Source of the DNA: Eledone cirrhosa
Taxonomy: Eukaryota
DNA length: 64,000 nt
Assembly: GCA_964016885.1 (NCBI GenBank)
Contig: OZ024740.1
Span: forward strand, 116,250,001 to 116,314,000
Direction of reading: 5' to 3'
Below, in pieces: positions 40,761 to 54,674 of the stretch (the first letter of the stretch is position 1; every line of letters starts with the position of its first letter). The notes below the pieces were generated by a model. That model did no database searches. It was not told the DNA's origin and saw only the letters and a program-made list of their open reading frames with translations. The position numbers and the translations under genes were made by a program.

Positions 40761-40908
40761 ATGAAGATGGATGGAAAATTGTACCACATGGAGAGGAGGA
40801 AGGGACTTTACTTGTGTCACCTCTACCCTAAAATATTTCAGAATGGGCCAACACTACATGTGCTCCTTATTGCTATACTTGGACTTTTTCTCCCAACCAC
40901 AAATGCAG
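40761..40908 (+). CDS. Candidate first coding exon of a host secreted or membrane protein (signal peptide)
   Basis: Unique sequence between microsatellites; upstream TTAATAG acceptor (40743); M..HVLLIAILGLFLPTTNA-G followed by a CAG|GTATGT phase-1 donor. Confidence 0.5.
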
Positions 40909-41039
40909 GTATGTCATGCTCTATTACTACTATTCTTAATAATACTATATTTACTACTAATACTACTAACATTGTTACTATTAGTGTTGTTACTATAACT
41001 ACTTTTACGTCTAGTTCATGTGGTCTTTACAGTCATTAT

Positions 41040-42015
41040 ACACAGTCACACACACTTATATAGACATACACATTATACAGAGACACAGATAGTTGTACAT
41101 ACACAGATCAACAGACACACACTTATACATACATACACAAACACAGACACACTTATACATACATACACAGATCAATAGACACGCATTTATACATACAAAC
41201 ACGAACACAGACACACACTTATACATACAAACACCAACACAGACACACATTATAAACACAAACACAGACACACACTTATACACACAAACACACACTTATA
41301 CATACAAACACCAACACAGACACACATTATAAACACAAACACAGACACACACTTATACACACAAACACACACTTATACATACAAACACCAACACAGACAC
41401 ACATTATAAACACAAACACAGACACACACTTATACATACATACACCAACACAGACACACACTTATACATACAAACACAGACACACACTTATACACAAAGA
41501 CACTTTACATACAATGACGAACAAGCGCATTTATACATAGAGACACCAGCATATACACACACACGCGCAGATACTTATACATAAACAAATCAAGACACAC
41601 ACTCACACACACACATTTATACACATACACTACACTTATACATACATACACCAACACAGACACACACATTTATACACATACACTACACTTATACATACAA
41701 TGATGAACAGGCACATTTATACATAGACACGATCACGCACAAATGCTTACACACAGATAAAAACATTTGTACATAAACAAATCAACGGACACACTTATAC
41801 ACACACACACATCTATACACAAAGACACTTATACATACAATGACGAACAAGCACATTCATACATACAGACACGAGCCCACACACACACACGCAAACACTT
41901 ACACACAGATAAAAATACTTATACATAAATAAATCAACGGACACATTTATACACAAAGACACTTATATATAATATGACGAACGAACACATTTATACATAC
42001 AGACACGAGCATACA

Positions 42016-42109
<94 letters not shown>

Positions 42110-42370
42110 TATACATAGACCGAGAAACGCACAGATATATACACAAAGGCATATATACACAAAGGCATAATGTGCCCACAGGCTGATGCTTATACACAGA
42201 GAAAAATGAACAGAGACACAGATTTATAAATACACAAAGACACATGCAGACATAAATACAGTTATAAAGATACACACAAACACAGATACACAAAGACACA
42301 CATACCTTCCAGAAACAAACAGACATACAGGCAATCCCACATGAACATAAATACTCACAGATACAGAAAC
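41040..42370. repeat. CA-rich degenerate minisatellite
   Basis: Recurring acacacttatacatacaaacac units. Confidence 0.8.
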
Positions 42371-42703
42371 ATAGTTCATTATACCCTTAACAAATTTAGG
42401 GGTGCACTGAAAAAAACATAAAATTCGTTCTCTGCTATTTATCCTGGGTAAAGAGAGTTTTAATTCCGAACTTAATGGACCACTTCGATAATATACTTAT
42501 TTAGGAGATACCCAGGTGGGAATAATACTTATATTTAAAGGGTAGCTATTTAATGGGACCTAAATGGGTTATACAATTATTTTGGGGTGGCCAGTTTCTT
42601 GAAATATAGAAATCTATCTACACCCACTCACACCCACTATATATATATATATATATATAAATGTATAACCCCGACGGCAGAGCTCAAGACGGCTATTTCT
42701 AGA

Positions 42704-42763
<60 letters not shown>

Positions 42764-42800
42764 ATATAAGATCAAAAGATGGTTAAAAGAGTTCCAAGTA

Positions 42801-42867
42801 TTTTATTATGCGCATTTCAAAAACAAATATCATCATGATATGATATCTGCGTTTTCATCAGATAAAA
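42801..42867 (-). ncRNA. Type I hammerhead ribozyme (family K variant)
   Basis: Reverse complement: ttttat-CTGATGA-aaacgcagatatcat..atgatatttgttttt-GAAA-tgcgca-TA-ataaaa. Confidence 0.85.
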
Positions 42868-42970
42868 TAGGGATACATGATATGAAGGTTAAAAAACACT
42901 TGTGAATAGTGAAGTTTTAAATCAACATATTTTGCATTGCTTTATTGTGCTACAATAAAACTCACCTCCT

Positions 42971-43021
<51 letters not shown>

Positions 43022-43160
43022 TATATATATACACACATATATATATGTATATATGTATATGTATATGTCTGTATATATATGTGTGTATGCGTATGTATAT
43101 ATATATATATGTAATTGTATATATGTGTATGTATACATATATGTTTCTACATATGAGATC

Positions 43161-43222
<62 letters not shown>

Positions 43223-43293
43223 AAACCCGGGGTAACCACAGTAAATAAGGTACTCAATACATAGCAGAGTATAAATATTTAATATAGAAATGG

Positions 43294-43340
43294 CTTCTAC
43301 AGGACTAGAACTGTTTCATTCGGGAGAAATCATCAGGAAA
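43294..43340 (-). ncRNA. Type I hammerhead ribozyme (family G)
   Basis: Reverse complement: tttc-CTGATGA-tttc-tccc-gaat-GAAA-cag-ttctagtc-ctg-TA-gaag; family also at 28154-28268, 35620-35770, 51413-51583. Confidence 0.75.
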
Positions 43341-43433
43341 TGTTCACATATATATGTATATATACATCGATCTCATTTTATATATATATATATTAAAATA
43401 ACATATTTTAGTCTTCACATTTATTATTGTTAC

Positions 43434-43468
<35 letters not shown>

Positions 43469-46197
43469 TAATTTTAATATATATATAAAATCTGTTATTC
43501 AAATATATATATAAAATCTGTTATTTTAATATATGTATAACGAGATGTATATATACATATATGTAAACATTTTTATATAATTATAACTTAAGAAATGTTC
43601 TTCTTTGTATATCTTATTTATTTATTTGTCTAATGCAGTAATTGAAAAGAAAGATGATTTAGGACAAATATATGTGAAATTTGAATTCTCGCCCTGTTAC
43701 TTTTCATATGCATTGGTTGAGTTTTGGTGGTGGTAATAGTGTTGTTGTTGTGAACAACAGTAGACTTAACTCTAACGTGATCAAAGCACAAATTATTATT
43801 ACTAGGGCATTGAGGGTGGTGGATTAGCAGAATCAGTAGAGCGTCGGACACCATGCTTTGCAGTATAGAGTTACGGCCCTTTACGGCCTGAGTTCACATC
43901 CCGTCGAGGCTAGCTTTGCCTTTCCTCCTTATGAAGTCGAAAAATAAAGTGCCAGTAATGCACTGGGCTCGATTTAATCGACTTTCCCCTCCCCCAAAAT
44001 TGCTGAACTTGTGCTTATAGTAGAAATCCTTATTATTAGAGCTTTGCTGACCCTCTCCCATCAAATTGCTGTCCTTGTGCATAAATTAAAAACCCTGATT
44101 GGCAGAATCATTTGAGCATCGGATAAAAATGCTTTGTGGCACTTAGTGCCTCCCGTTACGGTCAACTTTGTCTTTCATCCTTCTGAGATCGATAAAATAA
44201 AATATTAGTAAAATACTGACCTCAATATAATTGACTTTCCCCCCTCCCCACATCCCAAATTGCTGATACTGAACCTAAATTAGAAACTTTCATTACAGAT
44301 AAGGTATGCTAAAAAGTTATTTAGTGAAATGTTTATTTTTCAAACTATAAATATTTATTTTGGAATACTCATTCAGCTTACCTGAAATAATAGTTAATTA
44401 GATGAGGATGTGGAAGGGGTGGGATCAAAAGATGAAGTCTTGACTTTCATGCATTTCAATCACTGTGGTGAAGGTGCGTGGACTAATGGTTAGGGTGTTG
44501 ATTTCACGATCATAAGATTTTCCGTGATAAGACTGAAGTTGTATCTCATAGGAAGCTTTTGTTTTTGTTTTGTTTTTTAATTATTGAGGCCATAGACCCA
44601 TCATGTTGTTACAGCTTACAACTATTTAGGTTTAACGGGTCTCCTGCGTGGTTACATCACACGTTTCTTCCATGTTTTAATGTTTTAATGATAGGGGCTC
44701 CAGGTCTATGATGCTGTTGCCACTGTTTGCACATATGTAAATTTAACTGACCTCTTACGAGGTTGCAGCTCATATGAGGCTTCTTGGGTGTTTTAATGGC
44801 CCTAGGTCCTATTATGTCGTTTTATACACAATATCTCAACGTATTTTAGCCGATGCTCTTCTGAATCTTCTATCTATCGTCTTTATTTTTTCACTAAATA
44901 TATAGGCCAAACTTTGCCCATAGTTATTAGATGTAGGAGCACAATAAGGCAGATGAAATAGGTGTACTTTGTCTAAACGCTTTAATGATTCTGCAAAATA
45001 CTAATATCTGTAAGATCTTTAAGGAAAGGAAAGTGGTGGTTGCAACCTTCTTGGCTTCTCCAAGACAACAATTTTTATAGTTTCTTATAGTCCCTAAATG
45101 TGTCTGCCCCCTCGTGATCCCATACCCCGACCCGACATCAGGGGATAATGATAGTTACAGTGAACCCTTATTTTAACATGTGCTATTGTCTTTACGGACG
45201 AGGATGAAAGGTGAATGAAGACAATGGTGGATATTTGAAGAAAGACATGTGAGGAGCCAAACTAGACACCTTTACTCCATTATCCACTCCCACCACCACA
45301 ATGACACCACTTATCCAATGAAGGGAGCTTCGTATGCTAAAAATAGCAACTATATCTCTCTCAACTCACACTCTAACGTTTTGAATTTTTTTTAAATGTA
45401 CATATTGGATAATGTACTCGCGTCACATAGAGTATATCGGGGAAAAATTCGTGATGGTCACGGCTAGAACACCTTTGGTTATAGGTCTGTTACATATGGG
45501 CAGAGATCAAGGGCTAAACAACGCATTTAAATTATAAAGGTCATAATAAAGTTTTGAGAAATGTCAAAAAAGTATAGACACAGGCATAACAGTGTGATTA
45601 AGGAGTTCAGTTCCATAGAGTGGCACCATGAGCATGTGTCTTTAACTTTTGTGTTGAATTGAACAATGCGTTTTAAGTAGAATTTGCTAGACGGAAGCAA
45701 CTTTTAAAGCCAGCTCAAATGTTTGCGCCGTTCTAATTAACTGTGAATTTTTAAGACCTCAAATGTGTATACCATTCTGACTAAGAGGGAGTTTAAGACC
45801 AGCTCAAATGTTTGTGATGTTCTGATTAACAGTGATTTGTAAAGAGCCCTTCAGATCCATGTACCGTGATTTAAGGATCAGCTCAAGTTAATTAGAACGG
45901 CGTTATAGTATAACTCATATACAATATGTTTATGTATAGTAAACCTACATAAGTCTCGCTGTGAGTATTTTATAGTGAGATCATGTTACAGCCACACACA
46001 TGGTTACAATAAAAACCACCATTTACTATTTAACACACACGTACACACATTTCTATAATATTTACTTATTTCTCATATTTAATTACCAGCCGGACAGGGA
46101 GGGTTAATTTATCGTCAAGCTCAAGGTTTACTAACCTATTTATTAAAGACCTTTATAATACATTTCTCCTATACTCATTATGTGTAAATGTGTAGTG

Positions 46198-46277
<80 letters not shown>

Positions 46278-46602
46278 GTAATAATAATAAATTTGAAGAC
46301 TAAAATCCAAAGAGGGCTCGATAAGGATAAATATATATCAAATATATAAGAAGCGTAGAGCAAATATGTGCGCGCGCGTGTATGCGTGTGTGGGTGTGGA
46401 TATGTGTGTGTGTGGGTATGTGTTTCTGTGTGTCTGTTTGTCTGTGTATGTGTACCTATGTATGTATATGTATGTCTTTTTGTGTGTATCTGTATATATA
46501 TATGTCTGTGTATGTATGTGCTTAAAACTTTGACTTCTGTATCGGCTGTAAATGTATTGTCATATGTTAATTATACTTTTAAATTAACACTGATTTACAA
46601 CG

Positions 46603-46633
<31 letters not shown>

Positions 46634-46689
46634 GCAGATGTGTGTGCGGTGTTTGTTACAGGAGACCAAGTTTCATTATATTTATTATA

Positions 46690-46880
46690 GGGCGGTGGAT
46701 TGGCAGTATAGGTAGAGGGTCGGACGCCATGCTTTGACGCATAGAGTTACGGCCTTTGCCATTCTGAGTTCAAATCCCGCCGAGGTTAACTTTGCCTTTC
46801 ATCCTTACGGGGTCGATAAAATAAAATACCAGTAATGCACTGGTGAATCGCTGGCCTTGTGCCAAGAGTAGAAACAATTA
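46690..46880 (+). mobile_element. tRNA-derived SINE, full length
   Basis: TGGCAGTATAGG A-box-like and GAGTTCAAATCC B-box-like motifs; same family as 14700-15606. Confidence 0.8.
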
Positions 46881-46967
46881 TATTTATTCTGCGGCTTCAG
46901 CCGTATATCGTTGTTTTAAGTTTGTATTTACACATTCGTTCAGGCGTAATTATGGCGCAATGTACAT

Positions 46968-47038
<71 letters not shown>

Positions 47039-47650
47039 TATTTATATATATATATATGTATGTATATGTATATTAGAAAGAATCGGAGCCCGATGACCGA
47101 GCTCTTGCCATGCCAGACTGTTGACAAAACTCCCTGTAGTGTACTTGCCATCTCGTCAGGGGCGTGACATAATTGATTGACGTGCTGTTTAAATAAGCTG
47201 TCCATATAAGAGTAAAGGTTCGTTATAGATTGTTAAAGAAACATTTTAGAATAAATTGGTTATATTTGGGGCATTTTCTATATATATTTCGGGGTTGGAG
47301 TGATTGGTGTGTGTGTGTGTCTGATTCATTACTTATGTGGGGATGGGTGTAAAAAGCTGTGGTATTGCAGTGGTGAATTGAAGAATTGTCAAGGGGAAAC
47401 GGAATGTAGTTTTGCTATCATACACGTCACACTCCACTATCACAAGTATCGAGTACTCGGTCAAATAATGGTCTTGCTAGTTTAATACTGGTTTAATCCT
47501 GATATATATATATGTGTGTGTGTGTAGAAGGTGAGTAATATTATAGAACAATAAAACTATGCATATATCAGATAAGTAGCACTCAACAGTTGTAGAACTG
47601 GAGTATATATTAAAGAAGAAATTAAAAGATGGTTAAAAAAGTTCCATATA

Positions 47651-47716
47651 TTTTATTATGCGCATTTCGAAAACAACATGATCCTGGGACAAAAATTGTG
47701 TTCTCATCAAATAAAA
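47651..47716 (-). ncRNA. Divergent family K hammerhead (TTGATGA core)
   Basis: Reverse complement: ttttat-TTGATGA-gaacacaat..gttgttttc-GAAA-tgcgca-TA-ataaaa. Confidence 0.7.
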
Positions 47717-47767
47717 TAAGGTAACATGATATGAGGCCTAAAAACACTTGTCAACAAGAAAGTGTTT

Positions 47768-47855
<88 letters not shown>

Positions 47856-47925
47856 TACACATATATATTTATTAAAATAACATATGTAACCCATGTGCAA
47901 CCACGCAGCACTCAATTCTTCTCAT

Positions 47926-47969
<44 letters not shown>

Positions 47970-48060
47970 ATAATAATAAATTTGAAGACTAAAATCTAAA
48001 GAAAATCCCATTAAGGGTGAAAGCAGCGATTCTTTGCTTAAACTTTAATCTGTTATTTTA

Positions 48061-48114
<54 letters not shown>

Positions 48115-48459
48115 ATGTGTGTATGTATGTATGTATGTATGTATGTATGTATGTATGTATGTATGTGTGTGTGTGTGTACGTGTGTATAAACACATGTAC
48201 GTGTGTATCTGTATTTCACGAGTCGAGAGTAGAATACTCTAGAATGGGGTTCAATTGGAAGAAATTATGTCCAATTGCCTTAAGTGTGTGTGTGTGTGTG
48301 TGTGTGTGTATAGTTTCGCGTATGTATTGAAAGGGTCATCAGAAAAGACGCTAATATAACGTCTTCGACAAAGTTGATCTTGGCGGCGGGATTTGAACTC
48401 AATGTGCAGAGAACTGCAACGAATACCACAAAGCATTCTTTCTGATGTCCTAACGTCTA

Positions 48460-48505
<46 letters not shown>

Positions 48506-49040
48506 GATTAAAGGCGGCCAAGAAACGTTAAACAGTTGGATGTTTGATTCTTGTCTCTGTGTTCTGAGTTCAAATCAAGTTGACGTCTACTTTGCCTTCA
48601 TCAATCCTGGGGCGATAAAGAAAGAATCAGCCTAGTGCTAGTGCAACCTTCCCTCCTTCTAGTTGCCACATTCTAAATGTTCCACTGGATCAAGATAGGG
48701 AAGGTCGAGACGGTGTCAGTGCCTGCCCGCAATTGCTTGGGAACCTAAAACCCTAAAAGTATCTTATATATATACTACCAAATCATATTCAATTGCCAGT
48801 GACGGCTGTAGTTAGTAGAGGTAACTCAGAGAGATATTCCCACCTATAGTAAAGATGACGATAACAATGACGTTATCATAATAGTGTGTTTATTTATTTA
48901 GCTGGCTTATTTGTTTATTGTATAAACTATACATAGAAGACTTTACTGTTGTCACTGACGCTATACACTAGCTACTGAATGTATACACTGTATGTATGTT
49001 AATGTACGTATATATGTGTGTATATATATATGTATGCATG

Positions 49041-49096
<56 letters not shown>

Positions 49097-49213
49097 TGTG
49101 TACACATGTATATATGTATGCGTGTACATGAACTGTACATAAACAAAATGTGTTGTCAATATACCTACGGTAACTACTTAGCACATTAGCACACACACAC
49201 ACACACACACACA

Positions 49214-49279
<66 letters not shown>

Positions 49280-49420
49280 AATAGGGGGTGTACAGGACAC
49301 AAACATTAGTAAAAACAACCGGAAAACGGACAATCACATCTCTTCAGCCAACCTCTGGAGATCACTACGGTTTCGGTTTAAGATATACATATATGTGTGT
49401 GTGTACGCGCGTATTTGTGT

Positions 49421-49569
<149 letters not shown>

Positions 49570-49599
49570 AACAAAAGATGGTTAAAAGAGTTCCATGTA

Positions 49600-49666
49600 T
49601 TTTATTATGCGCATTTCAAAAACAAATATCATCATGCAATAATATTTGTGTTTTCATCAGATAAAA
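49600..49666 (-). ncRNA. Type I hammerhead ribozyme (family K)
   Basis: Same motif as 33227-33293. Confidence 0.88.
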
Positions 49667-49794
49667 CAGGAGGACATGATATGAAGGTTAAAAAACACTT
49701 GTGGATAGTTCAGTTTTAAATCAACATATTTATATGTTGATTTAAAACTGAACTACGCACAAGTGTTTTTTAACCTTCATATCATGTCCTCCTG

Positions 49795-49861
49795 TTTTAT
49801 CTGATGAAAACACAAATATTATTGCATGATGATATTTGTTTTTGAAATGCGCATAATAAAA
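49795..49861 (+). ncRNA. Type I hammerhead ribozyme (family K)
   Basis: Same motif as 33419-33485; right arm of inverted pair 49565-49990. Confidence 0.88.
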
Positions 49862-50010
49862 TACATGGAACTCTTTTAACCATCTTTTGTTCTTATATAT
49901 TATGTATACTCCAGTCCTACAAACTGTAGAGTGCTTCTTATCCGATATCTGCATTTCTTTATTGTACTACAATAAAACTCACCTCCTACATATATATATA
50001 TATATATATA

Positions 50011-50077
<67 letters not shown>

Positions 50078-50689
50078 TATTATGGAACCACTGTCAATGT
50101 ATACATGTACACAAGCACGTGGTCCTTGTAAACACACACACGACCGCGCACCCATTTTGATCACGCAATGTGTACATACGTACACGCATTTACAAACACT
50201 GCCTTAAGCATACACAAGCAATCACACTGTCACAAACATACACAAACAAACACATACAAACACACGCTTTCGACTTTTGTCGGTTTCGATCATGAGTTTT
50301 CCAGTTGTTTGATTAACAGAACAACCTGTCGTGAAATTAACTAGATATACTGTCTGATTTGGCTGTATTTCTAGTAGATCGAAAGACCACGTAAAGGTGC
50401 TCTCTCTTTCTTTCTCTCTCTCTCTCTCTCTCTGTCTTCCTCTCTCTCTTCCCCCTCTCTCTCCCCTTATCGTTGTCTCTATACATATTGTTGCTGTTAT
50501 TGTTTAACCTCAGACCACATACGTTCCAACCGTGACCATCCCGAGCTACTGGCCATTGTGAATCTGACTATATTAGCCGTATGTTCTCCTTAAGGTTGCG
50601 GCACATTATGTGCGGTATTTGATCTGCATGCGTGTCGGGTTCAACACACATAAATAGCGCAAGTGTTTGAGGTGAGTTGGACAATTTAG

Positions 50690-50777
<88 letters not shown>

Positions 50778-51492
50778 CTGTGTCAGTGTGTGACTGTGTC
50801 AGTGTGTGAATGTATGTATGTGTGTGTGGATGCATGATTTAGAAATTAGCTTTGCAGCCAGGTGGTCCTGGTTTTGATCCCACAGTATGACATCTTGAGC
50901 TGGTGTATTTTACAATAGCATGGAAACAAACACACACGGATACACGCTCAAACATACACAGGAGCGCGCGCACACACACACACACACACACTCACACGCA
51001 CACTCATATATTTATTTATTTATTCATAAGCGTTGGTGATCGCCAGAACGAGAATTCTATACCATAGTAGAGATTACTGGTCCAAGGAAACAAGCTACTG
51101 GATCAGCCTTAATAAACTCTATATATAGTGCAGTGTAAAAGGTCTGTGGTGCACACACGCACACTAACATATAACTGGTAGTCGTTCATTATGTCATATT
51201 TGCATCTGCAAATTTCCTCTCTAAGGCGCAGGCCTCTCAACACCAACACTTACCCGAGCATGCCAGTATCTCTTTTCGTCGAGATTGTTCAACGAAAAGG
51301 AAAGGGTTTTATACAGCTCGTCAACAGGTGCAGATCTATGGTCTAGCTAGATATATTAGGATCTTAGATGAGTGTGTGTATGTGTGCCCCTATATATATA
51401 TATAAAGTTTATCCTGGGTTCAATCGGGGGGTAACCACAGTAAGTAAGGTACTCAATACAAAGCAGTGTATAAACGTTTAATATAGAAAAGG

Positions 51493-51536
51493 CTTCTACA
51501 GGACTAGAACTGTTTCACTCGTGAGAAATCATCAGG
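51493..51536 (-). ncRNA. Family G hammerhead, stem I 5' strand lost at the inversion junction
   Basis: Reverse complement CTGATGA-tttc-tcac-gagt-GAAA-cag..ctg-TA-gaag; inverted arm 51541-51583. Confidence 0.65.
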
Positions 51537-51741
51537 TCCTGAATGAAACAGTTCTAGTCCTGCAGAAGCCTTTTCTATATTAAATATATATATATGTACA
51601 TGTGTGTGTGTGTGTGTGTATGTGTGTAAAAGCTGAAACAGCTTGGCGCCGCAGTCTAGATTTTACATATCTTTATTATACCCACTCTGCTTATTCCCAT
51701 GGATCGAGTACTCTCATGATTAGTGGTCTCAGCTCCACAAA

Positions 51742-51789
<48 letters not shown>

Positions 51790-53161
51790 TCATCACACAC
51801 AAACTTTTGTGTGTGATGAGTCTATATCAATATCTAATATATATTTCTAGATACTATTTCATTATTTAGAATCACCAAACCACAACATAAAATCAAATAA
51901 TATTGTTGTTTATTTTCTTTACTCAAACATTTTCCAAATTAACCTATTTATATATAATTATCTACTTTAATTACCACTAATTAGCACTAATTATCAAATT
52001 TACACGGAATGGTAACATTTTCACCTTTTTACTGGAAAGTAAATATTCATCAACAATAGCCAATTTCAATGAAAGTAAAAACAACTCCCGCAAACTGTTG
52101 GCCATATCAAGCGCTCGTTATGTCTCTCTAAAATCTGTCTGGAGAGTACGATACATAGAAAGAGAAACTAAGCTTACTTCAATGGTAGATGAAGAAACCA
52201 GATCTTAAATAGGTCTCAATGTTAATCATGGGCAGGACTCAATGTAATAACGATGAACAGGAATAAATGGAGGAAATATTGTTCATGACATTTTATACAC
52301 TGCTGTAAGCGGAAATAACGATTTGGCATAGTAAATAATGAATATTCAGTTATAGTCTGGTCGGTATGAAATACTGGAGAGGAAATTTATATTTTTAATC
52401 TTAGTCAAAGAAAAAAACGCAGAGTACTTTACCCTTTCCCGGCTTTATGGGACTAGTGACAGGGCTGAACGTATTTTCAGAGTGGAAACCGTACCAAAAT
52501 ATTTGGAACGGCGCTTAGCCTGTTAAAGGTATCCGAAAATATGACTAAATCACTCAAATGCGATGCCTCAGCATGGTCGCAGTCTAATGACTGAAACCAG
52601 TAGAAGAGTAAAGTATGTGCGCGCGTGTGTGTGAGAGAGAGAGAGAGAGAGAGAGTCGGGATTCTGCACAATTTCTGCTTATCAATTTTGCTTACAAGGC
52701 ATCGGTCGACCGAGTGTGCAGTGTCGATCAGTAGCAGTAGCGAAGCGAAAGTCTTAATCACATAGTTATACCTAATCACTCCTTCCAAAAAACTGCGTGG
52801 CATTATACCTCACTTAGAAAACATATTGTTTGCTCAATATATAGATAGAAGAGTTAAAGACTAAACTATGTTTCCATTTCGGATACCATCTGCCGGTCAC
52901 AATTCCTAGTAGAAAAAGGTGGAACACATATAATTCGGTCAGTTACTACAAAGTAACTCGCCCGACAAATGAACAAGAGGACAAAACCATTAATGCAGAG
53001 AACGGTCAGCAATACCCACTGCATCTGCCATTCCACCCCGCGGGGCTCGTTTCTCAGGCGTGATGCCCACCTATCGATTTGGCGGGGGAAAACAGCAGTA
53101 GCCCGGATACCAAGAATTTGTTTTGTTAATCTTGGCATTTATTAGAGGAAATTATATATAT

Positions 53162-53687
53162 ATAAACGGAAAAAATGAAACGAAATTTCATTTCCCACTC
53201 TTAGTACGGCTGTTACTTAAATATAAGTATGTACACGTACATACATGTATGTATACAGACGTACAGTAGTATGTATATATATATATACATACATGCACAC
53301 ATATATATATGTACGTATGGATTCACCGAACATTTATTATAATGCTCGGTGTGTTTGTAAACAAGCATCCCGTATTAAGCCGTAGTGTCCAGCAACCATC
53401 GTTGCTCGTTTGTTCAACACTGACAAAGGAACGCTGTACTAGTTTCAAGCTTATTAGCTATCGTCAGCAACGTATACCTTCCTGCCAGATTGTTGAACGT
53501 ATATACTTACCTTATGCATATTAACGAGTGAGCCCAATTTGCATATCGAGTGGGTTAATCGGCCGGGTGCACCGAAAACAATAAACGGAAAAAATGAAAC
53601 GAAATTTCATTTCCCACTCTTAGTACGGCTGTTACTTAAATATAAGTATGCACACGTACATACATATATGTATACAGACGTACAGTA

Positions 53688-53690
<3 letters not shown>
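53162..53690 (-). mobile_element. Family C ~420-bp HHR element, 1.26 head-to-tail units in (TA)n
   Basis: ATAAACGGAAAAAATGAAACG at 53162 and 53581 (period 419). Confidence 0.88.
53431..53473 (-). ncRNA. Type I minimal hammerhead ribozyme (family C, intact)
   Basis: Reverse complement: acgttg-CTGACGA-t-agct-aata-agct-t-GAAA-ctag-TA-cagcgt. Confidence 0.85.
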
Positions 53691-53744
<54 letters not shown>

Positions 53745-54019
53745 CACATATATTTTTATTTGTTTGACCCGAATTACTTGGTCGTTTTTATGGTTGTGCA
53801 GATGATTGTTTAACCATCGTCTCAGTGCTTGGCCTTTAACGTATGTTGTAGCTCTGGTTCATCTGAATCATTGAGCGCTTGCCACACATCTCGGAAGTTG
53901 TTTTTCGTTAATTCCTAAGCCGAAATACGATTCTCGCTAATTTATATTTGTATATATATATATATATATAATCCATGTATATATATATATAACATGTATG
54001 CGTGTATGTATGTATGTAT

Positions 54020-54610
54020 GTTCTTCTGGTTTTATAATTTCACAAATTGTTTTCCCAATAGAGAGAGAGTCGGTTTCTAACATAGACACAGGACTCTCTC
54101 ATTGGAATTTACACAACATCAACTAGGTAGATTATGTATGCATTCATGTGTGTGCAGGTATGGATGTTATTGTATGTGTGGATGTGGATGTTTTGAGTTG
54201 TATGTGTGCATTTGTATATGCTTTGTATCTGTACATGTGTATATGCAGTTATTAGATGAAAATTCTTTGGAATGTTTTACATATTTTTACTGTTCCATTA
54301 ATGGATTGTACTTGTAATTTCCTAACTAGTTGTGTTCTTTCTGTTCCTGTGAAGCGTAGCTTCTCAAGATTTGTATTGAGGCAGTTATTAACATACCTCA
54401 GTGCCCCAATAATCACAGGCATAAATCTGAAGGTGTAATCAGGGTGGAGTATCTGCAGATTTTTCATCAGTTCTGCATAAATATTCTCCTTTTCGCTAAT
54501 CTTTGATATTATATTGGCATCTGCTGGGCAGCTAACTTCCACTACTGTGTATGCCTTCTTTTCCCTGTCCCATATCATAATATCTGGTCTGTTATGCCTT
54601 CATTTTATTG
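54020..54610 (-). mobile_element. R4-like LINE 3' fragment flanked by (TATG)n
   Basis: HNRPDIMIWD..VVEVSCP..EKENIY..MPVIIGAL RLE motifs. Confidence 0.8.
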
Positions 54611-54674
54611 GATGTATGTATGTATGTATGTATGTATGTATGTATGTATGTATGTATATATGTATGTATTATGT

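Noticed and set aside
46690-46790. tRNA gene
   Set aside because: A/B-box-like motifs belong to a multicopy SINE head; no cloverleaf
47075-47170. CTGACGA (minus strand) and CCGATGA (plus strand) in a GC-richer island
   Set aside because: No correctly placed GAAA/UH; at most a deleted remnant
49330-49378. Minus-strand GAAA-CCG-TA followed by CTGAAGA (possible permuted, type II hammerhead)
   Set aside because: Stems I and II could not be paired convincingly
52866-53138. GC-richer unique segment with a 90-aa minus-strand ORF
   Set aside because: No recognisable domain or clear splice sites
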